Positions 20,602 to 32,253 of a stretch of 64,000 nt of DNA are shown piece by piece (position 1 is the stretch's first letter; the number at the start of each line of letters is the position of its first letter). A program made the position numbers and the translations under genes. This DNA is from an uncultured Methanoregulaceae archaeon (lineage in GTDB: Archaea; Halobacteriota; Methanomicrobia; Methanomicrobiales; Methanospirillaceae): positions 416,001 through 480,000 of the forward strand of contig OY970061.1 of NCBI GenBank assembly GCA_963705255.1, written 5' to 3'. Below the pieces are notes generated by a model. The model worked only from the letters and a program-made list of their open reading frames with translations. It ran no database searches and had not been told where the DNA came from.

Positions 20602-21801
20602 ATGAACATTCTCGTCGTCCAGGAATCCAACTGGCTCACCCGCAACCCACATCAGCAGCACCATCTCATGGAGCGTCTCGCAGCCAGGGGGCATTCCATC
20701 AGGGTAATCGATTATGATATCGACTGGAAGAAAAGTAGTACCCAAAATGGACTTTCAAGCCCGAGGACCGTGTACCAGAATGTACACAAGATCCTCCCTG
20801 ATATTTCCATTGGAGTAATTCGTCCTCAATCCATCAGGTTTCCCGTCCTTGAATATCCCGGACTCCTGATTACTCACCGCCAGGAAATCATACGGCAGAT
20901 AGGTGAGTTCAAACCCGATATTATTATTGGATTCGGGATCCTGAATGCCTGGATAGCGGCGCGGCTGGCACGGCATCATTCCATTCCATTCATCTATTAC
21001 TGGATCGATGCACTTGACACCCTGATTCCTGAAAAGTTATTCCAGATACTAGGTCGCTCCCTCGAAAAACAAACCCTCCGAAATTCTTCGAAGGTCATTG
21101 CCATTAACGAAACACTCAAGGATTATGCTATCAATCTTGGGGGAAATCCTGAAAACACTACACTCATAGGTGCCGGTATCGATCTTGACCGGTTCAATCC
21201 GACTATCGATGGATCCGCAATCAGATCTGCCTACGGTATCGGGCATGATGATATCGTGCTTTTCTTTATGGGCTGGCTCTACCATTTTTCGGGCTTAAAA
21301 GAGGTCGCACTTGAGATCGCCCGTTCACGCGATCATTATCGCCACCTTAAGGTCCTCATTGTCGGGGAGGGGGATGCCTTTTCTGATCTTGAGCGCATAC
21401 GGGATGAGAATCAGCTGAGTGATTCTCTTATCCTTACCGGCAAACAACCTTATGAGAAAATTCCTGAATTTATCGCTGCAAGTGATATTTGCATTTTACC
21501 CGCAGACCCCGGAGAGAAGATCATGCAGGATATTGTCCCCATCAAGATGTATGAATATATGGCTGTAGGAAAACCGGTTATCAGCACAAGGTTACCGGGA
21601 ATTTTGCGGGAATTTGGAGAGGGAAACGGGGTTCTTTACGCGGATTCCCCGGAAAATGTTCCCGAAACTGCATATATTATTGCCACGAATGGATCAATGA
21701 AAAATCATGGGAATTCTGCCAGAATATATGTCCAAAATTTTGACTGGAATACCATCACTGATACATTTGAAACCTTAATAAAAGAGGTGGATAACAAGTG
21801 A
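20602..21801 (+). CDS. GT4 glycosyltransferase
   Basis: PIKMYEYMAVGKPVIST, GIDLDRF. Confidence 0.9.
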   Translation: MNILVVQESNWLTRNPHQQHHLMERLAARGHSIRVIDYDIDWKKSSTQNGLSSPRTVYQNVHKILPDISIGVIRPQSIRFPVLEYPGLLITHRQEIIRQIGEFKPDIIIGFGILNAWIAARLARHHSIPFIYYWIDALDTLIPEKLFQILGRSLEKQTLRNSSKVIAINETLKDYAINLGGNPENTTLIGAGIDLDRFNPTIDGSAIRSAYGIGHDDIVLFFMGWLYHFSGLKEVALEIARSRDHYRHLKVLIVGEGDAFSDLERIRDENQLSDSLILTGKQPYEKIPEFIAASDICILPADPGEKIMQDIVPIKMYEYMAVGKPVISTRLPGILREFGEGNGVLYADSPENVPETAYIIATNGSMKNHGNSARIYVQNFDWNTITDTFETLIKEVDNK

Positions 21802-22797
21802 AAGATTACCGGGCATACATAACAAAGATCTCGCATCTCCGTGATGATATTACAAATAGTCTCGAATTCATAAAATGGAAGGATTCCATCCGCAATGATT
21901 CTACGGTCTTCATCAAACCCAATTTTACGTACCCCTTCTATAAAGAAGGTATCACTACTAATCCCTTCGTCCTGAAAGAGATCCTGGCAATCCTCAAAGA
22001 CCGGGCGGGGCGGGTTATTGTCGGGGAATCTGATGGGGGCAACCATTCCTTCTCTGCCGATACAGCATTCAAAGGTCACGGGATGTCCGGGATCTGCAAA
22101 GAGACTGGTGCGGAACTTGTCAACCTGTCAACGCTTCCTTCGAAATACATAGAGGATAGTATCCGTGGAAAGAGGGTTAAAGTCCAGGTGCCGGATCTTC
22201 TTGTTGACGAAATTGACTGTTTTATTTCGGTTCCCGTTCTCAAAGTGCACGTGATGACGACAGTCACCCTGAGTATGAAGAACCTGTGGGGTCTGTTATC
22301 CTGATACCATGCGATGTCTGCATCATAAATATTTGAGCCGGAAACTGACGCTGCTCACCAGGATACTTGATCCAAAAATTGCTATCATCGACGGCACCTA
22401 TGCCCTTGACGGGCATGGGCCGATGTATGGTGAAGCGGTAAAAACAGATCTCCTGATGGCGGCAAACAACCCGGTCGTTGGCGATGCGTTTGGCTCAGCG
22501 ATTATGGGGATCCCGGTTTCACTGGTTGAACATATCATGATCGCAGAAAAAGAGGGGTTGGGGGCAACAAATCTTGATGCTGTCCACTTCAATGAAGACT
22601 GGAAAAAATACCAGATGCACTTTCAGGTTAATAAAACAATAATCGACCAGCTTTCTACGATCCTTTTCAACAGCGAGTGCATGGCAAAACTGGTGATGGA
22701 TTCACCGGTAAAACCAATTATTTATGGGGTTGCTACAAAATTGAGAAATAGAGATGAACAGCGGGTAAATGATCAACTGAAACGAGGGCATGAATGA
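21798..22797 (+). CDS. DUF362-domain protein; frameshift at 22292
   Basis: VFIKPNF, GITTNP, IVGES, SVPVLKVH..T.VTLSMKNLWG, then (+1 frame) CYPDTMRCLHH..AIIDG..ALDGHGPM.G..NPVVGD. Confidence 0.8.
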
Positions 22798-23943
22798 AAA
22801 TATTGCAGGTGATACCATTTTTCTCACCTGAATTCGGCGGATCAGTAGCGGTTCTCTATACATTATCAAAGGAACTTGCAAAGCAGAACCACGATGTGAC
22901 GATTATCACCACTGATTTCGGTTTTGATTTGCAGTACGCTGACACGATCCGAAGTGAAGGCGTTACGGTGATCCCTTTTCACTGCATTGCAAATTGGGGC
23001 TTCTTTTTATATTCCCCCTCCATGAAGATCTGGCTTGATCAAAATTTGAAGGGGTTTGACATAATCCACCTCCATAATTTTCGGTCATATCAGAATATCG
23101 TGATTCATACATCCGCGATGAAGTATGGGATTCCCTATATTATACAGGCTCACGGCTCGGTACTCCCTTTTTTTGAAAAGCAAAACCTGAAAAAACTGTA
23201 CGATTTTGTGTGGGGGCATAAAATCCTGACAGATGCAATAAAATTAATTGCCGTATCAAAAGTTGAGAGCGCACAATACAAAAAAATGGGAGTACCCGGA
23301 AACAAAAATCGAAATTATTCCGAACGGGATTGATGTATCTGAATATACGTCTCTTCCAGAACGGGGAGTGTTTCGAAAAAAACATGGCATTGCATCAGGT
23401 GAAAAGATTATCCTCTACTTGGGAAGATTGCATAAACGGAAGGGGATACATTTCCTGATAAACGGTTTTTCATTTTTTTTAAATCAATATCGAAAGGGAA
23501 TTCTTGTAATTGCAGGTCCGGATGATGGATTTCGAAATATTCTGGTCCGGCAGGTAAAAAATTTAAAAATCGATAATAATGTAATCTTTACCGGTCCTCT
23601 CTCCATGGATGAAAAACGGGAAGCATTCGTCGATGCTGATGTATTGGTATATCCGGGGGTATTAGAGATATTTGGACTGGTGCCATTTGAAGCGATAATG
23701 TGCGGGACGCCGGTTATTGTGACAGATGATTGTGGGGGTGGGGAGATCATTGAAGACGCTGATTGCGGATATTTAGTAAAATACGGAGATGCCAACCAAT
23801 TAAAAGACCAGATAAACAGATTATTCGATACTTCCCAGGAGTCCTCCAATTTTATAATGAACGGTCAGGAATATATACATAAAAATTTAAATTGGGCTAA
23901 TTTAATAGGAAAATTTGAATCTCTTTATTACAAGTGTATCTAA
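22794..23943 (+). CDS. GT4 glycosyltransferase; frameshift at ~23295
   Basis: ORFs 22794-23333 (FGGS, AHGS) and 23248-23943 (IPNGID, LGRLHKRKG, EIFGLVPFEAIMCGTPV) join. Confidence 0.85.
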
Positions 23944-23977
23944 ACATTACAAATTCCACATCAAAGGAGAAACGTGA

Positions 23978-24799
23978 ATGGATCCACAAATACCAAAAAT
24001 TTCAATTGTAACACCATCGCTTAATCAATCGCAATATTTAGAGACAACAATACAATCGGTCGTCAATCAAAATTATCCCAATTTGGAATATATAATAATG
24101 GATGGAGGTTCGACGGATGGGAGTGTAGATATTATAAAAAAATATACAAATTTTATAACATATTGGGAAAATAATCCCGATAAAGGTCAAGCCGATGCGA
24201 TATTTCGCGGCTTTGAAAAATCAACCGGGGAAATTATCGCTTGGATTAACTCTGATGATTATTATCTGGAAGGAGCATTTGCCTGTGTAGAGGATTTCTT
24301 TGCACACCATCCGGAAATCCAATGGGTTATTGGAGATGGAATGTTCGTTGATGAAAACAATAAGAAATTGCTTGACTGTTATTGTCCAACGATTGATCAC
24401 GATCGATTATTATATTTTGGTATGACGTTTCTTCAACCTACCCTGTTTATCAGAAGAGAGTTTTTTTTTACATCTGGGGGTTTTGACCGGGAATTAAAAT
24501 TTTCTTTTGATTATGATCTGGTATTACGATTATCGATACGCAGTCCGCCAGGAAAAATTAATTCAATGCTGACAGCGTTTCGTCTTCATAAAACAAGTAA
24601 AACGAATACTATACCTGAAATTAATACTTTGGAGGACAAATATTTAAAAAAGAAATATCGGAAAGATCATTCGAAACATATAGAATTCAATTATAGGCGA
24701 TTTTTATATGGATTGGAACTTTTAATTCATAGATTAAAAACTTGCGGAGTTATACCCTATATTTCATTTAAATTTTTCATAAATTCGAGTAAACGTTGA
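23978..24799 (+). CDS. GT2 glycosyltransferase (WfgS-like)
   Basis: ISIVTPSLNQ, MDGGSTDGS, DKGQADA, WINSDD, FDYDL. Confidence 0.9.
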   Translation: MDPQIPKISIVTPSLNQSQYLETTIQSVVNQNYPNLEYIIMDGGSTDGSVDIIKKYTNFITYWENNPDKGQADAIFRGFEKSTGEIIAWINSDDYYLEGAFACVEDFFAHHPEIQWVIGDGMFVDENNKKLLDCYCPTIDHDRLLYFGMTFLQPTLFIRREFFFTSGGFDRELKFSFDYDLVLRLSIRSPPGKINSMLTAFRLHKTSKTNTIPEINTLEDKYLKKKYRKDHSKHIEFNYRRFLYGLELLIHRLKTCGVIPYISFKFFINSSKR

Positions 24800-25437
24800 A
24801 ACATATCATCTATTTCAATTCTATAGTAAATTTTAGATCACATCAATTCTCTCTTCGGTAATGATTGATGTGTTTATCCAAAATTTTGCAGATCCGTTCA
24901 TTGCCGATAGTAATTTTTACAAATCCTCCTCATAACAGCGAAAAGTCTTAAGATCGCCCTCTATTTTTTCGTCACTTCCGAACCGATAAATTTGTTATTA
25001 GCCTGTTGATTTTTATGATCTTGGATAATTCGGATATAAATCTACCGTACGTCTTCATGGCATGAGCCATTTTTTGTACTTTGATACATATATGCGCCTC
25101 TAACGCAGGTACTTTTATTCAATCTGAACAAGACTCCTGATGGCGCTAAATTTATCATTTGATCGGCAATACTACTCATCACCTCCATTGCCAAACACAA
25201 CTTTTACATAAGTTTCTCTCGTATTAATGATAGTAAAGACATGAAAAATTTAGGAGTTCATATTAGCCATAATAGCATAGCTTCATTTTGTATTGAAATC
25301 GTAAATGTGATTACAGCAGTAAAATCCCCTCTCTATATAAAAAAAATCCCTTTATCTAAAAAAATTAAATCTCTCTCAGCGAGTATCATTTTGTGCATGT
25401 CACATCGGTATATTAATACAAAAACTGGTGAAGCGGA

Positions 25438-26586
25438 TTGAAAATCGCTTTCATTACTCATGCAACTAGTTTTGGCGGCGCAGCATTAAGTTCATCGAAA
25501 ACAATTCAATTTCTTCTCGATAAAGGATTATTACAACCAGAAGAATGTTTGCTAATTCAACCAAAACACCGAGATCCTTCTGATGAAAAAAATGATGTAT
25601 ATTTTAATTTGAAAAAAAAATTATACTTTTATGAGTTTAAACTTCCGTTCAGTCCGGTCTTTAAAGGTGCCACATCGGATTATATCATTCGATTATTCAA
25701 TATCTATAAAGGAATTATTTCGATTTTTTCCTTTTTATTTTTTTATAATAAAATTCTTAAGCGAGAAAAGATTACTGTAGTGCATTTGAATTCACTTGTA
25801 TTGTGGCCAATTTTATTGGTTCTTCCCAAATCGATGAAAAAGATAATTCATATTCGAGAAGTTCCGAATGATTCAATAGAGGCAAAGATAGCAATTTTTG
25901 TTATTACGCGCCATGCCACAAAAATAATTTCGATTGATCCGATATCAAATATTTCATTCTTTAAAAGTGGTAAATCTGTTGTAATTTCAAATCCATATAC
26001 AATGACCAAGTCGCGTCAAATTAGACAAATAAAAAAATCAATTAAATTGGAATTTGGCATTCCTCCGGAATCTTTTATAGTATCGATATTTGGACTGATA
26101 GGCGAACAAAAAGGATTCGATTTTTTTTTAAAAATTATAAAATCGTCCATTCAAATACAAAATCTGATTTTTTTAATAGTAGGTAAACCTTCAGGAAGAT
26201 ATGGAGAAAAATGTGTTCAGTTATTAAACGAATATCCGAATGTAAAATACATGGGAGAATTTACAGATACTAGTAAATTTTATGCAATAACCGATGTAGT
26301 TATTCGGTGTGAGGATTATCTGCCGTTAGGGCGAACCGTTTGGGAAGGAATTTTTGCCGGTGGATTAGCTCTTGTTCCTGTAAACAAAAATGATGACGCC
26401 TCGGTAATTCAGGGTTATATTGGAAAATATATCTATCTTTATCAGGCCTTAAATATTGACAGTTGTATCGAAACCCTTAATGATATTATTAAAAAGTATC
26501 CTGATACTGTTTTAGACTCCGGGTATCCAGTTACAGATAATATTGCAACTAGTGCGGAACAATTCTTCAAAGAAATAAATTTATAG
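25438..26586 (+). CDS. GT4-like glycosyltransferase
   Basis: SFGGAALS, IHIRE, QKGFDFF, EDYLPLGRTVWEG. Confidence 0.75.
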   Translation: MKIAFITHATSFGGAALSSSKTIQFLLDKGLLQPEECLLIQPKHRDPSDEKNDVYFNLKKKLYFYEFKLPFSPVFKGATSDYIIRLFNIYKGIISIFSFLFFYNKILKREKITVVHLNSLVLWPILLVLPKSMKKIIHIREVPNDSIEAKIAIFVITRHATKIISIDPISNISFFKSGKSVVISNPYTMTKSRQIRQIKKSIKLEFGIPPESFIVSIFGLIGEQKGFDFFLKIIKSSIQIQNLIFLIVGKPSGRYGEKCVQLLNEYPNVKYMGEFTDTSKFYAITDVVIRCEDYLPLGRTVWEGIFAGGLALVPVNKNDDASVIQGYIGKYIYLYQALNIDSCIETLNDIIKKYPDTVLDSGYPVTDNIATSAEQFFKEINL

Positions 26587-26612
26587 AAATTATTTATATG
26601 ATTATTTGTTAA

Positions 26613-27772
26613 TTATTCTTTTTGAATTGCATTGATAGATTTACCTACAAACCGGAAAATAACTCCTATTGCTTTATATATTTTTGAATTTTCATATGAG
26701 GGAAAATCCTCGAATTTTCTTTTGGGTAATTTCATTATTCTCTCAAATTCTTCTTCGGCAATTCCAAATTTTTTAATGACATATTCGTTATCTTGGCTTT
26801 GCATCTCTTGTGGATAGGGTTCGTTTTCCAATTCATCAATCGCTTTGGATCTGGAAATTTCTCCCGAACAGATTAAACTTGACAGATGTGTCCTTCTTTT
26901 ATCATATCCAAATTTATTTGGCAAAATATATCCCTGATAAAATCGGGTATAGATTGATTCATAGTGTTTACCCCCATAATATTTCCAACCCAATTCCTTC
27001 TCAAGGAGATTCATCGCTTCTTTCTTGGAATAATTCAGGTAATTCAAAATATTGATTGTTTTATGGGTAATCAGATAACGCTTTAGGGTGAAATAATCCA
27101 TATGGGGGAATGTTGTAAGGGGGAGATGGCCATATCTCTTATGGATGCTTGTAATATACTTCCAATCCAGATGACCCTGGGACCAGGTCTTGGGAGATGG
27201 GATTCTGTCCTGATGTTGCACCCGTAAATAATATATTTTATCCTTTTCTCATGTGCAATATCGTGTAAAATCGCATTAATTGCATGATCGCTGGGGATTT
27301 CAGAGTCAGGCGTCGAAGCATATAAAAAAGACAGTTGCAGGTCTTTAAACTCTTCCCAATCGATCACATGGGTATAGAGATCGATATTGAGTTTCCTTAA
27401 AAACAATTCAATGTTTTTTACAGCAAGTTCCGAATCCCATCCATTATCGAGATGAACCGCAAGGGGGCGCAAGCCTAATTCTTTCACTTTGTATGCAACA
27501 AAGGAACTGTCAATACCCCCGCTAACCCCAATAATACAATCATATTCTTTTCCTGTGCCGGATTTTTTAATTTCATTAACGATATGATTTAATTTTTCTT
27601 TTCCCTCTTCGCCATCAAAAACAAATCTCTTTACTGATTCATCATACTGATGACAATGATTACACATACCGTTTCCATCAAACTGTATTTCAGGATCCGT
27701 TGTATCCATTACACAACGACTGCATATCTGATATTTTTCTCTCATGTGCATCATCTGAGATTTTGTATTCAA
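26613..27772 (-). CDS. N-acetyl sugar amidotransferase (WbuX/WbpG/AglX-like); frameshift at ~27193
   Basis: CSRC..CNHC, PP-loop GVSGGIDSS, DNGWDSELAVKNI; C-terminal YYGGKHYES, GYDKRR in the next frame. Confidence 0.88.
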
Positions 27773-28532
27773 TGTAATCCGCCGGACTTTAGCTCTTCGT
27801 CATTTGGGAAATTAATTAATACTGCTTGGTGTTTGCCATAATATACAAACATACTCCCCGCGGCAACGGCAGAAGCTCCTCCATCAAGGACCGCCTTACC
27901 AAAATCCCTCACGGTTCCAGCTCCCCCGCATGCAACGACAGGAATTGATACGGAATCGGATACGGATTTGATGAGGGGGATATCGTAGCCGTTCCTGGTT
28001 CCATCATGGTCGATGGAATTCAGAAAAATTTCTCCTGCTCCCAGCCTTTCTGCCTCCTGCGCCCATGTGACTGGATCCCAACTGGTTTTCATTTTGCCGC
28101 CGTACGTATAAGTCTGGTAATTACCAAAAAAATTCTTTTTTACATCGATAGAAACAACAATGCTCTGGCTCCCAAACAGATCAGCAAGTTCATGGATGAA
28201 TGACAGGTTTTCAACAGCGTAGGAGTTTATGATAACTTTCTCAACACCCCGGTTAAAAATATCTTCTGCGTGTTTCACAGATTTTATGCCTCCGCCATAT
28301 CCAAGGGGCATGAAGCACTCACTTGCGATATCGGAGATATAGTCCAGTCGGGGGGATCTCTTTTCTGTCGATGCGGTAATATCAAGAAAAACCAATTCAT
28401 GGACTTCTTTGTCATTGAAAATTTTAACTGCGTTTATGGGATCTCCAATATACTTCGGAGTGGTAAAGTTGATGGTTTTTACTAATCCCTGCCCTTTTAA
28501 CAACAAGCAGGGAATTACCCTGTACGAATCAA
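27769..28532 (-). CDS. HisF2/AglZ-family glycan amidination cyclase-like subunit; frameshift near start (~28523)
   Basis: TTG 28532 with GAGAGGA RBS gives MIRT(R)VIPCLLL; LVKTINF..KYIGDPINAVKIFNDKEVHEL, GAGEIFLNSIDHDGT, AAGSMFVY. Confidence 0.85.
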
Positions 28533-28554
28533 AGTGAGTCCTCTCGAAGCGCTA

Positions 28555-29169
28555 TTATCTGTTGTTACAGAAGTTCACTAATAGTCTCATCCCATATTTA
28601 TGACTTTTTTCCGGATGAAATTGTACTCCGATGATGTTATCTTTTGCAAGTGAAGATACAAAATCATATCCGTAGTGAGATGTTGATAATACATCTTCGC
28701 TGCGATTGCATACAACATGGAATGAGTGCACAAAATAATACATGGCATTGATATCTGTGTCTTTGAATAGAAAATGCGATTTTTTGATATCCAGGTTGTC
28801 CCATCCCATGTGCGGTATTTTGAGAGAAGAGTTTTTATCCATATTAAATTTGATCGTTTTTGCATCTACCCAACCCAATCCTTGCTGTGTCCCTTCTTCA
28901 CTTGTTTTGGTAAACAACTGCATGCCAAGGCAAATGCCAAGGATAGGGGTTTTATCCCTGATAACTTTTTTATTAAGAATATCTATTAAATTGAGTTCCC
29001 GTAACTTTTGCATTCCATGATTGAATGAACCGACACCGGGCAGGATTAAATTTTCAGCGGATTCGATGTCTCCGATATCAGATGATATTTTTGAAGAAAC
29101 CCGAATTTTTTTAAGCATGTTGGCCAATGAACCAAGATTTCCCATGCCGTAATCGACGATGATCGACAT
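28555..29169 (-). CDS. HisH-like class I glutamine amidotransferase subunit (glycan amidination)
   Basis: DYGMGNL, LPGVGSF, GICLGMQL, IPHMGW, YFVHSF, QFHPEKS. Confidence 0.92.
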   Translation of the reverse strand: MSIIVDYGMGNLGSLANMLKKIRVSSKISSDIGDIESAENLILPGVGSFNHGMQKLRELNLIDILNKKVIRDKTPILGICLGMQLFTKTSEEGTQQGLGWVDAKTIKFNMDKNSSLKIPHMGWDNLDIKKSHFLFKDTDINAMYYFVHSFHVVCNRSEDVLSTSHYGYDFVSSLAKDNIIGVQFHPEKSHKYGMRLLVNFCNNR

Positions 29170-29236
29170 TTATAATTCCATCAAATTGAGTATCATTTTT
29201 ACATGTCCATTAATGTAAATTATTTACTCAGTGGTG

Positions 29237-30277
29237 CTATTCTGGTATGTTAAAGATGGACCGCCATCTATAGGGAGATATTAATAAATTACGAGTTTTT
29301 CTTAATAAATTGAATATTCGGGAATTGTAACGATAGGTCTCATTTGGGGTAAAATATTTATTTGTCCGTTCTATGCTCTGAAAAATATCACAGGATGCAC
29401 AAGGAATATCTGATCGCGGCTTAACATGACCAAGTAACATTTTTTGGGCATAATCAATTTTTTCAGAATTTACACACGAAATAAATCCTTCGAATGCATT
29501 TCCTCCAAATTCACTCCATACATTCCAGCAACATCCCGTTACTCTGCCATTCCAACTAATCCGAGGACTGGACCATAAAGATAAACAGGTTGGTCTGACA
29601 AAATTAATTCCTGTAATTTTTTCATATTCTTCACGTGTTACTGCTGGCCATCCGGTTTCAGACATCACAAATTCTTTGTTTATTATTGGAGAATAGTTAG
29701 AATTCCAATTCATTTTGGGATAAAATTCCATATTTAAATTTCGAGCCATCTTTCTTGCCCGTGGGAGTTCGTGCTCATTATGGCCAAATACTATGAATTG
29801 CCATTTTAATTTCGGGAATTTTGAATGATATTGATCTTTATAATAATTAATTGACTTAATATTATTGATAACTTTTTCAAAATTTCCTCCCACTCTATAC
29901 AATTGATATGTCTCTTGAGTTGCTCCATCTATTGAACATGTGATAAAATTAAATCGATATTTTACGAGACTTTCGAGCATTTCAGGTTTGGCGGTGTTTA
30001 AATTTACACCGGTATTGCAGGAGATTGCAATTTTCTTTTCATAAGCATATTTGATCAAAGAGATTAAATCGGGATTTAAAAAAAGTTCTCCGAAATTATC
30101 GAATTCAACGGTCTGAATTTGAGGATTTGCATCAATAAGATTTTTAAAATTTCTAAATTTTAGATAACCCCGGCCAACATTAAATTCATATCCCATTTTT
30201 GTTGCAGGACATTCCTTACATCTAAGTTGGCAAATTGAACATGCATCGATATTAATATGACTGGGTTTTATTCTCAT
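29237..30277 (-). CDS. Radical SAM protein with SPASM/twitch-like domain
   Basis: CSICQLRCKEC (CxxxCxxC), FGELFLNP, SIDGATQETY..YRVGG, C..LW..ISWNG.V.GCC, PCASC. Confidence 0.9.
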   Translation of the reverse strand: MRIKPSHINIDACSICQLRCKECPATKMGYEFNVGRGYLKFRNFKNLIDANPQIQTVEFDNFGELFLNPDLISLIKYAYEKKIAISCNTGVNLNTAKPEMLESLVKYRFNFITCSIDGATQETYQLYRVGGNFEKVINNIKSINYYKDQYHSKFPKLKWQFIVFGHNEHELPRARKMARNLNMEFYPKMNWNSNYSPIINKEFVMSETGWPAVTREEYEKITGINFVRPTCLSLWSSPRISWNGRVTGCCWNVWSEFGGNAFEGFISCVNSEKIDYAQKMLLGHVKPRSDIPCASCDIFQSIERTNKYFTPNETYRYNSRIFNLLRKTRNLLISPYRWRSIFNIPE

Positions 30278-30299
30278 TTTTTACCTTATGTTCAATAAT

Positions 30300-30706
30300 C
30301 TCTTTCCGGATGCAAATGTATTTCCGTAATAGTACCATTCGCTGCCGATGATACAAAATCTTATCCATCGTGAGATATTGATGTAGTATCCTGAATTCAT
30401 TTCACTCAGTTGCATCTACCCGGCCTCATCTTACTGAGTTCCGTCTTCATTTGTTTGTGAACATCTTCATTCTAAGCCAAATGCTCATGATTATGGGGTT
30501 TATCCTTGACAACCTTTTTATTAAGAATAACTATTAAATTGAGTTCCCTCAACTTTTGCATTCCATGATCGAATGAACCGATGCCGGGCAGGATTAAATT
30601 TTCAGCGGATTCGATGTCTCCGATGTCGGATGATATTTTTGCATAAACCCGAATTTTTTTGGCCAATGAACCAAGATTTCCCACACCGTAATCAATGATA
30701 ATTATC
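30300..30706 (-). pseudogene. Decayed duplicate of the hisH-like gene at 28555-29169
   Basis: 30499-30700 aligns almost base for base with 28950-29165, with a 9-nt deletion and ATG>GTG. More eroded matches (tgcatctacc, gatacaaaatc..atcc, tttccggatg) continue to ~30300. Confidence 0.85.
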
Positions 30707-30723
30707 GAGCAGCGTCCTAGATA

Positions 30724-31998
30724 TTATGATTTTTTATTATTTTTTAATATATTTACTAAATCTTTAACAAAAGATTGTAAATTCTTTTCCGAATTATATT
30801 TTTTATCCCAATTTTCGTAGCTCTTTTTTTTCTTGTCTTGTATTAAGGTACGATCATCCAATAAAATGCAAATTGCGTCCGCAATTTCTCCAGGTTCAGG
30901 ATTCTCACTTAATAATATGCCATTATCGTTAGTAACAATTTCCGGATTCCCTCCAACACCCGTTGCGATCACAGGAATGCTACAACTTTGTGCTTCCATA
31001 ATGGAAACAGGGGTTCCTTCTGATGAACTAACATTGATAAAAACTTCAATTTTATTATTCTGATAAAATGATATAACGCCTCCTTTTGGTAAAAATCCTA
31101 AAAAAGTAAATTTTACATTTTGCGGTAACTGTATCCCTGCCATATGTTCCAATTCTGACCTTAATGGGCCATCCCCAATATGTACCCATTCAAAAATCTG
31201 GTCTTTACGGTTTTTTCCAAGTTCTGCAAGACCTCTAATCAGCAATTCAATTCGTTTTACAGAAACCAAATACGAGCATGATACCAATCGGAAAACGTTA
31301 TCTTCCGATGGAATTGTTAAACTTTTCTGTTCTGACACTCCTAATCGAGATGTAGTGAATATCGCATCAAAATCGGGATATTTTAATGAGAGGTATGATT
31401 TGCCACTTTCTGAAGCCAAAAAGATTTTATCGATACCGGAAAAAATTTCTGGTCTGAAGGGAATAAATGGCGGATCATAAATTTCTTCGTATAAATCAGC
31501 CCTGTGTGCTCTTGAAACAATCTTAATACTGGGATATTTCCTTTTTGCTAGACAAATCCCCATTGTTATTTCATCCAACCAATATGTATAAAAAATTGTT
31601 TTTGTCAAATCAATATTGTTGTTCTCAATGTATTTTATTGCCCAGATTTTGGTTCGTAAGGCGACTCCGAAATAGTCTATTATTCTGATAATTGAACGAA
31701 TTTGCTTTTTTTTAATTTCATTATAAAAATCTAAAAAAGTAAAAACCAAAAGAAAGTTTTTGATTTTGGATTTGGCTGCCCTGGAAGGTTTCAACAATTT
31801 TCCTAAAGTAGTCTCTATCAAAATACCGTTGGGGAGTTCTGTTTCCTCCCTCCCTACATATTTGGGAATAATGACAACAGAACCGAATGAAGATTTAAGG
31901 TAAGAAAGTTCGGGCTCAATAAACGTATCTTCTGCAGCTGATGATCTATAAGGATATGATCCGGTAAATAATAGAACCTTGAAGTTTGAACCAATCAT
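30724..31998 (-). CDS. GT4 glycosyltransferase
   Basis: SRAHRADLY, VKRIELL, HIGDGP, SEGTPVSIMEAQS. Confidence 0.9.
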   Translation of the reverse strand: MIGSNFKVLLFTGSYPYRSSAAEDTFIEPELSYLKSSFGSVVIIPKYVGREETELPNGILIETTLGKLLKPSRAAKSKIKNFLLVFTFLDFYNEIKKKQIRSIIRIIDYFGVALRTKIWAIKYIENNNIDLTKTIFYTYWLDEITMGICLAKRKYPSIKIVSRAHRADLYEEIYDPPFIPFRPEIFSGIDKIFLASESGKSYLSLKYPDFDAIFTTSRLGVSEQKSLTIPSEDNVFRLVSCSYLVSVKRIELLIRGLAELGKNRKDQIFEWVHIGDGPLRSELEHMAGIQLPQNVKFTFLGFLPKGGVISFYQNNKIEVFINVSSSEGTPVSIMEAQSCSIPVIATGVGGNPEIVTNDNGILLSENPEPGEIADAICILLDDRTLIQDKKKKSYENWDKKYNSEKNLQSFVKDLVNILKNNKKS

Positions 31999-32253
31999 AA
32001 ATTTCTAATTAAATAGTTTTACTGTTGTTCAATAATATTGTTATGTCCAAAGTTTGGCTACGGAGCCTGATCGTAAACAAAGTTTGCGTAAGTATCAGAA
32101 ACCGATGAGTCTCTTGAAGTTTATGTTGCTGAAACTTTTTCTTGTATTTCTTATGGATTAAATTTGGATTGGCCATATGGACCAATTTTAAATAATCTGG
32201 CGAAAACAATTGCAACTTATATAGATATCACTCATAATCTAAAATGATAAAAA

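Noticed and set aside
24800-25437. 640-bp AT-rich gap as ncRNA or decayed gene
   Set aside because: No convincing hairpin, repeat or recognisable protein motif found by eye
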